From: Verrucomicrobiales bacterium
GTDB taxonomy: Bacteria > Verrucomicrobiota > Verrucomicrobiia > Limisphaerales > JAFMIX01
NCBI GenBank assembly: GCA_031371425.1
Contig: JANMJO010000109.1
Coordinates: 1-40,644, forward strand
DNA length: 40,644 nucleotides
Direction of reading: 5' to 3'
Positions within the stretch are counted from its first letter, which is position 1; each line of letters opens with the position of its first letter. The position numbers and the translations under genes are program-made. Shown piece by piece: positions 16,859 through 25,263 of the stretch. The notes under the pieces were generated by a model, which was not told the DNA's origin, ran no database searches, and saw only the letters and a list, made by a program, of their open reading frames with translations.

Positions 16859-17662
16859 ATGGATTTCATCAAGAAACATTACGAAAAACTCCTGCTCGGC
16901 GTGGTGCTGTTGAGCCTCGCCGTCGCAGTGGTGTTCCTGCCCTTCTACATCAACGGTCAGAAACAGGACTTGATTGACAAGCGCACCGGCAAGCTGAATC
17001 CAACCGTCAAAGCCTTGACGAATCTGGACGAGTCCCGCTACACCGACGCATATCAGCGGCTGGAAAAGTCCGTGCCGCTCAACCTTTCCAAGCCGCACCA
17101 CCTCTTCAATCCCGTGCCGTGGCAGAAAAAAGCGGACGCCACCCTGATCAAAGTTCAGGAAGGCAACGAAGTCGGCGCGGAAGCCCTGCAGGCCACCAAG
17201 GTCAACCCGCTTTACACGACCATCCGGTTTGAATCCGTCAGCCCTAGCACAAATTATTTCATCAGCGTGACGCGCGATGCCGATCCGAATCCCAAGCTGC
17301 GTCGAAAAAAAGAGGTGGCTTACAATCTCGGCGAGAAGCGTGATTTCCTGCAGTTGATGGAGGTCAAAGGCGTTCCCGAAAAGCCCGAGCTTCTCATCCT
17401 CCTCTTGAACGACACCAGCGCGACGGTCAGCGTCTCCATAGACCGCCCGTATCAGCGTGTGGATGGCTACAGCGCCGACCTGCGCTATGACCCGGAAAAG
17501 GGCATCTGGCTCGGCCGCCGCGTGAACGACAAAATCAATTTTGCCGGGGATGAGTTCTCCGTCGTTTCCATAAATCTAATTGCTACCAATCAATTTGAAG
17601 TGATATTGTCAGCCAAATCAACCGGCAAGAAAACCACCGTCAGATACAACTCGGAAATGTGA
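16859..17662 (+). CDS. Membrane-anchored protein, Amuc_1099-like position in the cluster
   Basis: KKHYEKLLL N-terminus plus TM helix; located between the PilO-like gene and the secretin. Confidence 0.62.
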   Translation: MDFIKKHYEKLLLGVVLLSLAVAVVFLPFYINGQKQDLIDKRTGKLNPTVKALTNLDESRYTDAYQRLEKSVPLNLSKPHHLFNPVPWQKKADATLIKVQEGNEVGAEALQATKVNPLYTTIRFESVSPSTNYFISVTRDADPNPKLRRKKEVAYNLGEKRDFLQLMEVKGVPEKPELLILLLNDTSATVSVSIDRPYQRVDGYSADLRYDPEKGIWLGRRVNDKINFAGDEFSVVSINLIATNQFEVILSAKSTGKKTTVRYNSEM

Positions 17663-17714
17663 TTTCACCCGGTAATTGAATTTCAGCCAAACGACCCAAG
17701 CCCCACAAAATCTC

Positions 17715-20462
17715 ATGATCAGAGCAGCCAACCCCCAGCTTGTTCTCACCGTACTCCTGGCCATTGCCGCGCCGGCATTCGCACAGGAAGATTCAGCCAA
17801 CGCTCCTGCTGCCGCCGTGCAGGAAGCCGTGCGCCGCCAAGCCTCCACCGTGGAGCTGCGGCAGAAGCTCATCGAGGCCGGCCAAGCCGAACAGCACAGG
17901 GAACTCCTCGCCGCCGCCAAGCTGTATCAGGCCGCCTACAAGTTGAGCCAGGAAGTCGGCAGCGGCATTGATGCCGAAACCAAGTCCGCCATCGCCGGCG
18001 TCTCCCGCATCGGCGCAGCCCTCGCACAACAGGCGCAGGAACTCGGAGACTACAAGGGCGCCGAGGCGCGCATCAAATCCGCGCTCCTCGTGGACCCCAA
18101 AAACCAGACGCTGCTCACCCTCAAACGGAACAACGATGCTTGGTTCGCCGCGCAGGCCGGGAAAATCCCGAGCGCCGAAGTCAAAGAACGTGAGGCTGGC
18201 GTCATCGCCAGCAAGATCAAAAACTCGACGCTCGTGCAGGACGGCAAACTGCTTTACGAACTCGGCAAGTGGGACGAAGCAGAAGCCAAGTTCCGGGTCG
18301 TGCTCGCCGAGGAGGCCGATAATACCGCCGCAATCTATTACATCAAACTCGTCCAAGACGCCCGCTATGGCGCGAGCGACAGCGCCCGCGAACTCACCGC
18401 CCGGAAGCGCATCGTCGAGGTTGAGGACGTCTGGCGTCTGCCGGTCAAGCGCGACCTTCTCCCCACGCCGAACCCCTACTTGCAAGTCCAACAGGTGCAC
18501 ACCGGCGTCGGCCGGGCGGCGATTGTTTCCAAACTCGATCTCATCCGCCTGAGCGAGGTTAAATACGACGGCTTGGAACTCGCCGAAGTCATCCGCAACC
18601 TCAGCGAAGTCACCCGCAAGAGCGACCCCGACAAGGTGGGCATCAACTTCATGATCATCGGCGAGGCCGCCTCTGCCGGCGGAGCGACTGGCGCCGTGGA
18701 CCCCACCACCGGTCTGCCGATTGCCGCCGCGCCCGCTGACGCCGTGGATATTTCCACCGTGCGCGTGAAGATCAACCCGCCCATGAACAACCTCCGCCTC
18801 GCCGATGTGCTTGATGCCATCGTGAAGACTGCGGACCGGCCCATCAAATATTCCATCGAAGACTATTGCATCGTGTTCTCCGCCCGCGCCGCCGAGACCC
18901 CGGCGCTGTTCAACCGGACATTCAAGGTGGACCCCAACACATTCTTCCAAGGTCTCCAAAGCGTTTCGTCAATGAGCTTCGGCAGCAGCAGCAGCGGCGG
19001 GAGCGGTGGCGGCGGCGGTGGTCGTGGCGGCGGTGGCGGTGGCGGCAACCGCGGTGGCGGTGGTGGCAACAGCGGTGGCCAAAATGGCGGCGGCCAAAAT
19101 GGGGGAAGCGAAACCGCAAGTCTTGCGCGCGTATCCGTTGCCGGTGGCGGCAGCGGCGGCCAAAATGGCGGTGGTGGCGGCAGCAGTGGCGGCGGCATCG
19201 CCTTCGTCACGCGGACAAATTCCACGTCGGAGGCCCAGTCCGCAGTCCGCGAGTTCTTCACGGCGGCGGGAGTTGATTTCGGTGCCACCGCCGGTGGTCC
19301 TGGCGGGGCGAGGCAGGGACAGGCTCCGAGTAACGGCAAGGCGCTTTTCTTCAACGATCGCAAAGGCATTCTTTTCGTGCGCGCCACGCTGCAGGACTTG
19401 GACATCATTGAAGCGGCTATTCAGATGCTGAACGTCACGCCGCCGCAGGTGCACATCCAGTCCAAGATTGCGGAGGTCACGCAGGACGACAGGAATTCGC
19501 TGGGCTTCAACTGGTTTCTCGGCAATACGCTCATGGGCAATGGCAATGTCGGCGCGCAGGGCGGCACCGCGCCGTCCTTCGCAGGCGTGCCCACCACGGC
19601 CAACCCTTCCGGCATTTTCCCGAACCCGATCATTCCGCAGTCGCTGACGGATTCGCTCATCAGCGGCGGTTTGAGAAACGGCCTGAACGCCCCGGCGATC
19701 GGCACCCTCTCCGGCATCCTCACAGACCCGCAGTTCCGCGTGGTGGTCAATGCGCTGGAGCAGCGCGATGGCGTGGATGTCGTCAGCGCGCCCTCGGTCA
19801 CCACGTTGAGCGGTCGGCAGACCCACATCGAAGTCACCGACGTGCGTTCCATCGTGACGGGCTTGGATGCCAACCAGACCGGCGGCGGCGGCAACAATAA
19901 CAACGGTAACAACGGCGGTGGCAACAATGGCAACAACGGCAGCGGCGGCTCCGTCGGCTCCGTCATCCAGCCCACGGTTGACCAGCTTCCGTTCGGGCCG
20001 GTGCTGGACGTGATTCCGTATGTTTGCGCGGATGATTATACCATCCAGATGACCGTCATCCCCACGGTCACTGAATTTGTGGGTTATGACACCTCCACTT
20101 TCACCGTTCAGGCTCAGGGCAGTGTCGGCAATGCGCTGATTCAGCAGGTCCCGTTGCCTCACTATCGCATGCGGCAAGTGACAACGTGTGTGGCGGTCTG
20201 GGACGGGCAGACAGTCGTCCTCGGCGGCCTCATCAGCGAAGAAGTGATCAAGACAAAGGATAAAATTCCCGTGATCGGCGATCTGCCTTTGGTTGGGCGG
20301 CTTTTCCGCAGCGAGTCTGCGAGCAAGATAAAGAAGAACCTGCTCATCTTCGTGACGCCCACCATTATTGATCCGGCGGGCAACCGGGTTCATGTGGATG
20401 AGGAGATGCCTTTCGCGCAGACCAGCATCCCGCCGCAGCGTCCGCAGGCGGCCCGTCAATGA
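17715..20462 (+). CDS. pilQ: Outer-membrane secretin (PilQ/GspD family, Amuc_1098-like) with TPR-like N-terminus and Gly-rich loops
   Basis: Signal peptide (APAFA-QE), PPQVHIQSKIAEV, SAPSVTTLSG, VWDGQTVVLGGL, KIPVIGDLPLVGRLFRS, NLLIFVTPTII. Start could alternatively be 17676. Confidence 0.9.
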   Translation: MIRAANPQLVLTVLLAIAAPAFAQEDSANAPAAAVQEAVRRQASTVELRQKLIEAGQAEQHRELLAAAKLYQAAYKLSQEVGSGIDAETKSAIAGVSRIGAALAQQAQELGDYKGAEARIKSALLVDPKNQTLLTLKRNNDAWFAAQAGKIPSAEVKEREAGVIASKIKNSTLVQDGKLLYELGKWDEAEAKFRVVLAEEADNTAAIYYIKLVQDARYGASDSARELTARKRIVEVEDVWRLPVKRDLLPTPNPYLQVQQVHTGVGRAAIVSKLDLIRLSEVKYDGLELAEVIRNLSEVTRKSDPDKVGINFMIIGEAASAGGATGAVDPTTGLPIAAAPADAVDISTVRVKINPPMNNLRLADVLDAIVKTADRPIKYSIEDYCIVFSARAAETPALFNRTFKVDPNTFFQGLQSVSSMSFGSSSSGGSGGGGGGRGGGGGGGNRGGGGGNSGGQNGGGQNGGSETASLARVSVAGGGSGGQNGGGGGSSGGGIAFVTRTNSTSEAQSAVREFFTAAGVDFGATAGGPGGARQGQAPSNGKALFFNDRKGILFVRATLQDLDIIEAAIQMLNVTPPQVHIQSKIAEVTQDDRNSLGFNWFLGNTLMGNGNVGAQGGTAPSFAGVPTTANPSGIFPNPIIPQSLTDSLISGGLRNGLNAPAIGTLSGILTDPQFRVVVNALEQRDGVDVVSAPSVTTLSGRQTHIEVTDVRSIVTGLDANQTGGGGNNNNGNNGGGNNGNNGSGGSVGSVIQPTVDQLPFGPVLDVIPYVCADDYTIQMTVIPTVTEFVGYDTSTFTVQAQGSVGNALIQQVPLPHYRMRQVTTCVAVWDGQTVVLGGLISEEVIKTKDKIPVIGDLPLVGRLFRSESASKIKKNLLIFVTPTIIDPAGNRVHVDEEMPFAQTSIPPQRPQAARQ

Positions 20463-20514
20463 TGATGGCGTTTTGAAAATAATCTTTGTGTCGCATTCAA
20501 TCACCATCCCAAAC

Positions 20515-20543
20515 TTGAAACAGCCGCTGAATTCGGCTATAAT
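20515..20543 (+). promoter_or_regulatory. Near-consensus sigma70 promoter for the surface-protein operon
   Basis: TTGAAA (20515-20520), 17 nt, TATAAT (20538-20543); ATG at 20556. Confidence 0.75.
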
Positions 20544-20555
20544 CTAGCGCTTTTT

Positions 20556-22439
20556 ATGTCCTTATCGCTGTATGTCCGTGGGATGTTGGTTGCCGGAGGC
20601 ATTGTGTTGGCGTGTCCAGCGCTGGTGTCTGGTCAAACTGGCTGCGTTGCGGACGGCGGCGAATACGCGCCGGCCATTCCTCTGGCCGGTGACCAAGTTT
20701 ATCCGCAGGCGAGCATCAGTTCCGCAGGCGGCTTTCTTGTCTGGCAGGACAACAACATTGATGGCGATGGCTGGGGCGTCAGCGCACAGGAAGTGGACGC
20801 GAATTTTTCCGCCAAGTTCGGCGCGTTCCGCGTGAACTCCACCGCCACAGGCGATCAGGTCAATCCGCAGGTGAGTCTGTTGAACGGCGGCGGCGCGGCG
20901 TTCGTCTGGCAGGGCGGCGCGGCGGGATTCCCGCACATCAAGGCTCGCTTTCTTTCCACCAGCAACACATGGACGACGGGCGCGGACGTGGCGGTCAACA
21001 CCTTCACCAACGACATCCAAGTCAGCCCCGCGCTGGCGACATTGACCAACGGCAACGTCCTCATCGCTTGGGGCAGTTTCAACGAGGCGGCGGCCGACAG
21101 CATGCAGGATGTCTATGCGCGGCTGTTGACTCCTGCCGGCGCAGCGGTCAGCGGCGAACTGGCCATCAATCAGACCACACTCTCCAACCAGCGCACTCCG
21201 GCAGTGGCGGCGTTGAGCGGCGGCGGTTTCGTGGTGGCGTGGGTTTCGGAGCAGCAGCGGTTTGACAACAGCGTGGATGTTTACGCGCGGCTGTTCAACG
21301 CGGCGGGCGTGGCGCAGGGTGGCGAATTTCTCGTGAACACCGGCACCAACGTCTGCGCGAACCCCAGCGTGGCGGCGGCGGCGGACGGCGGATTTGCCGT
21401 CGCATGGAGCGAAAAAGATTTGGCGGTGAGGACCAATGGTTGGGATGTATTTGTCCGCACCTACTCCGCCGCTGGCGTGGGCGGCGCGGCGCGCCGGGTG
21501 AACACCCGCGTGTATGGCGATCAACTGGTGCCGAAGATTAGTTATTCCGGCGGCAGTTACTTGGCAGTCTGGACGAGCCTGGGGCAGGACGGTTCGGGCA
21601 AGGGAGTTTACGGTCAGACGTTGCAGGCGGATGGCTCCGCGGCGGGCGGCGAATTCCGTGTGAACACGGCGACGGCGGGCGACCAGATGCAGCCGACTGT
21701 GGCTGCGGATGGCGGTCAGCGTTTTCTCGTGATGTGGACCAGCTTCGCGGGCGGGCTGAATAGTTTTGATGTGCGTGCGCAGCGCTACGCCGCGGCATTG
21801 CTGCCGCCGAGCGCGCCGAGCGCGCCGTATGTGACGGTCTTGAGCTCCACCAACCTCATGGTTTCGTGGCCGGCGCAGGGTGGTTACAGCGTGGCGAATT
21901 ACGAAGTGTATGCCGATGGCGCGCTGGCCGGCAGCCCGACCGTAGCCGTGACGAACAGTTGGTGGACGATGAACGGCTTGACCGCCGGAAGCACGCACAC
22001 GTTCCGGCTGGCGTTTGTGCTGACAGATGGACGGCGCTCGGCATTGTCTGCGGCGGCCAGCGGCACGACTTACAGCAAGTTCATGTGGGGCGGCATCGCG
22101 TGGGATTGGATGAGCCAGTATTTCGGCAACAACAGCGCCACATGGCCGTCCGCCACGGCGCCGGTGAATTCCGGCGGGCCGACGCTGCTGTATATTTTCT
22201 TGAGCGGCGGCAATCCTCTGGATTCAAGCACATGGTTGCGGACGCGGTTGACGCCGTCGGCGCAGGGCTTCTTCCTCTCGTGGAATTCGCAGCCCGGGCT
22301 GATTTATCAGGTGCAGTCTTCCACGAACATGAGTTCGTGGCCGAATCTGGGTTTGCCGCGGTATGCCGCTGGGACGAACGATGCGATTAACGTGGGTGGC
22401 AGCAACCGGGGTTATTACCGGGTGTTGCGGCTGCGCTGA
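20556..22439 (+). CDS. Secreted beta-repeat (probable propeller) protein with an Fn3 domain and C-terminal domain
   Basis: Signal peptide; about seven ~57-aa repeats EFxVNTxTxGDQxxPxVAxxxxGGFxVxW; Fn3-like LMVSW..NYEVY..GLTAGSTHTFRL; C-terminal YQVQSSTNMSSW...YYRV. Confidence 0.85.
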   Translation: MSLSLYVRGMLVAGGIVLACPALVSGQTGCVADGGEYAPAIPLAGDQVYPQASISSAGGFLVWQDNNIDGDGWGVSAQEVDANFSAKFGAFRVNSTATGDQVNPQVSLLNGGGAAFVWQGGAAGFPHIKARFLSTSNTWTTGADVAVNTFTNDIQVSPALATLTNGNVLIAWGSFNEAAADSMQDVYARLLTPAGAAVSGELAINQTTLSNQRTPAVAALSGGGFVVAWVSEQQRFDNSVDVYARLFNAAGVAQGGEFLVNTGTNVCANPSVAAAADGGFAVAWSEKDLAVRTNGWDVFVRTYSAAGVGGAARRVNTRVYGDQLVPKISYSGGSYLAVWTSLGQDGSGKGVYGQTLQADGSAAGGEFRVNTATAGDQMQPTVAADGGQRFLVMWTSFAGGLNSFDVRAQRYAAALLPPSAPSAPYVTVLSSTNLMVSWPAQGGYSVANYEVYADGALAGSPTVAVTNSWWTMNGLTAGSTHTFRLAFVLTDGRRSALSAAASGTTYSKFMWGGIAWDWMSQYFGNNSATWPSATAPVNSGGPTLLYIFLSGGNPLDSSTWLRTRLTPSAQGFFLSWNSQPGLIYQVQSSTNMSSWPNLGLPRYAAGTNDAINVGGSNRGYYRVLRLR

Positions 22440-22450
22440 CAACCATTTCT

Positions 22451-25225
22451 ATGTTGAGAATATTTCAGAGATGCGGGTGGGTGCTGCTGTTGGCGGTGTG
22501 TTTGCCGTCGGCGCGGGCCTTTTCATTGTGGGGGCCGGTCGCCAACGGCGGGGACTCCTACCAGACGCCGGACATTGGTTATGGAACGTTGCCAATCTGT
22601 ATAGCCCCAGACAGCCTTTTTGTGGGAGCCCCGAAAAATCTGCACGAGGAATTTCGCATCAACGTCCCTACGCTGTATTATTCTTACGACAAAAATTTCC
22701 TGAACTATTTCGGTTCAAACGGCGTGGCGGCGGTTGATTCCGCCTTTTTGATGCTTTCAAATCATTTGAGCGGTGTCGCCCTCACGTCGCGCAGCGCCAG
22801 CCTTTCGGAATTTCCGTTCAACACAACGCGGGTGAATTACCGCGCCCAAGCGCTGCAAATGGAGGACATCAAGACCACCGTCGTGGGCGTGATGATGGAG
22901 CAGCTGGGGCTGGCGGACCCGGTCGAATGGGTCTGGGCGTTGCGCGAGCGCCATCTGCAGCCGAACCTGCCCTGTCCCAATTATATTTACAGCGTGCTCC
23001 AGCGGAATTTCGACCCGCTCACCCCGCAGCCTTCCAGATACATCAACGGGCGGCTCTACACATACCAGATTCTTCAGGGGGATTGTCTGACTTGTGACGA
23101 CGCGCTTGTATTAAATTTTCCCGCAGACCCGGGGCTGATCGGACTCGATCCCACGCCTGTGGCTTCCTTTGCGGATATTAGGGGTTTCGGCAGGCTCGTC
23201 ACCGGACTCACTCGTGACGACATGGGCGGCCTGCGCTACCTGATGAGCACGAATAATCTGAACGAGGAGGGCGTGGCCCCCGGCAGCACGATCATCAGCG
23301 GCGGCTTCACGAACAGGAACGTGACGCTCGTCGTGGAAACCGCAGACTTGAGTGTGCTGGCAAAGCTCGCCCTGACCAACGCACCCGGCGCGTTGCAGGC
23401 GCTCTATCCCAGTCTTGGCATCGCTTCCAGTTACGACTATCTGACGAATGTGGTCACCACCAACATCACCGTGATCACCCAGACCGTCAGGAGCGGAGCG
23501 TTCCAGATCATCACCAACACCGGCACGGTGTATCCCATCAGCACATTGGATCTAGCGATTTTTGCCCAAGCTTCAAAAACTAACTCCGCTGCGGCTCTCG
23601 AAGCATTGTATTCGGGATTGGTCGTCTCCAGCGAGGGGACGAACTATGTGCCTGCCGCGATCACCAACATCACGCCATATTTCTATGTGCCGCCTTATTC
23701 CGTGCCGCCGTTCATACCCGTGGTCGGATACACGACGAATTATTTTAATTATTTCGCCACCAACTATGTGCACACCTTCGCCAACGTCGTCACTAATTTC
23801 GCCACCAACCGCAGCGTTGTGATCTCGAACACGGTACGGTATTCCGCGCCGTGGGATTATGCGGGGACGATTTCCACGAATACCACCTCCCAAAAGCTGG
23901 TGACGACCAATCTGGCAGGTGACTTTTATATATTGCCGACCAATCTGTGCGGCTACGTGGTTTTGCAGACGCTGACCAATGTGATTACCACGACCAACCT
24001 TTTGGCGTCGGCGAGCACCAACAACGGAAATTTCTTTTCCGTGACCACCATCACTTATTTCACCAACCACCAGTTGTTGATACAGCCAATCACCTGCTAC
24101 GGCTACTTCACCAACTTCACCACGAACGTGACCAGGCAATACGGTTACGCCTTCGATAATGTGGTGACCAACTCCTTTTATCCCAACACCCCGGTCACCA
24201 TTCAGACCACCAACATCTATTCCTGCGGCCTGCCGGGATTGCTGTGCACCAACATCACCACCACCAACGCGATTTGGACTAACGTCGTCTCGGGCGATTT
24301 CTACCTGCTGCCGACCAACCAATGCGGCCTGTCCATCGTCCGAGTGCAACTGACCAACGTGGTGGCGACAACCAACCTCCAGTCCGTGGTCACGAACAGC
24401 AACGGCAGCGTCACCTATCAGGGCGCGATCACTTACTTCACGAACCACACGCTGGTAATCAACCCGGTGGATTGCGACGCGCCCGGCTTCACCAATGGGG
24501 TGGCGTTGCGGCAGGGCATTGACCGCATCCGTTTCGTGAGGCACGACTACGATTCTCTGATCGGAAACTTTTGGGGCTCGGTGACCAACGTCTATACCAA
24601 CGTCGCCGTGCAGGGCAACCAGCCCGTGCCGCAGATTTTCCGGCGCGTGATCAACAGCCCGGACATCCTCTTCACGATGCAAGATTTGTTGAAGGTGAGT
24701 TATACGCGGCCGGTGCTCAATTTTGACACGGGCCACGTTTTGCCGGGTCAGGCCGGGCCGGGCACGCGCACCCTGCCAATCACGATCACGTTCAATAACA
24801 TTTCTCCGCTGCTCGTGAACATCGGGCCGGACTTCGTGGATGAGCCGACGGCGACAACCAATTTTATCTGGGGCACGTTCGACACCACCACCAACGCGCC
24901 CATCGTGTATCCCACCGGCACGGACATCACCGCCTTGGAGAGCCAGATTTATATGCAGGTCACCACGGCCGCACTGACCGACGCCACCAACACGGTGGCT
25001 TACGGCCCGGTCACGTTGTCGGGTAGCGGCGGCACGCCACCCTACGTCTGGTCGCTGGCCTCGTCATCGCCGAGCGGTCTGCCGGCGGGACTTTCGATCT
25101 CGGCGGCGGGCGTGATTTCCGGCACTCCGGCGGCGGGGTCAGCCGGTGTTTATGACCTGACGGTTCAGATGGCGGATGCGGGCGGGCGGACGGTGTTCCG
25201 GGACTTTGTCCTGACCGTGCATTGA
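22451..25225 (+). CDS. Secreted Thr/Asn-rich protein with a degenerate matrixin-like N-domain, internal repeats and a C-terminal putative Ig domain
   Basis: Signal peptide (SARA-FS); two pairs of internal repeats; C-terminal GGTPPYVWSL..GLPAGLSI...GVISGTP..G.Y.LTV..D typical of He_PIG Ig domains. Confidence 0.82.
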   Translation: MLRIFQRCGWVLLLAVCLPSARAFSLWGPVANGGDSYQTPDIGYGTLPICIAPDSLFVGAPKNLHEEFRINVPTLYYSYDKNFLNYFGSNGVAAVDSAFLMLSNHLSGVALTSRSASLSEFPFNTTRVNYRAQALQMEDIKTTVVGVMMEQLGLADPVEWVWALRERHLQPNLPCPNYIYSVLQRNFDPLTPQPSRYINGRLYTYQILQGDCLTCDDALVLNFPADPGLIGLDPTPVASFADIRGFGRLVTGLTRDDMGGLRYLMSTNNLNEEGVAPGSTIISGGFTNRNVTLVVETADLSVLAKLALTNAPGALQALYPSLGIASSYDYLTNVVTTNITVITQTVRSGAFQIITNTGTVYPISTLDLAIFAQASKTNSAAALEALYSGLVVSSEGTNYVPAAITNITPYFYVPPYSVPPFIPVVGYTTNYFNYFATNYVHTFANVVTNFATNRSVVISNTVRYSAPWDYAGTISTNTTSQKLVTTNLAGDFYILPTNLCGYVVLQTLTNVITTTNLLASASTNNGNFFSVTTITYFTNHQLLIQPITCYGYFTNFTTNVTRQYGYAFDNVVTNSFYPNTPVTIQTTNIYSCGLPGLLCTNITTTNAIWTNVVSGDFYLLPTNQCGLSIVRVQLTNVVATTNLQSVVTNSNGSVTYQGAITYFTNHTLVINPVDCDAPGFTNGVALRQGIDRIRFVRHDYDSLIGNFWGSVTNVYTNVAVQGNQPVPQIFRRVINSPDILFTMQDLLKVSYTRPVLNFDTGHVLPGQAGPGTRTLPITITFNNISPLLVNIGPDFVDEPTATTNFIWGTFDTTTNAPIVYPTGTDITALESQIYMQVTTAALTDATNTVAYGPVTLSGSGGTPPYVWSLASSSPSGLPAGLSISAAGVISGTPAAGSAGVYDLTVQMADAGGRTVFRDFVLTVH

Positions 25226-25263
25226 TGCCCATGAACCGCAAAATTTCAAATCCACAAGACGTG

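Noticed and set aside
14033-20462. Complete type IV pilus or T2SS locus
   Set aside because: No pilins, prepilin peptidase, assembly ATPase or platform protein in the window; only the alignment and secretin subcomplex is supported.
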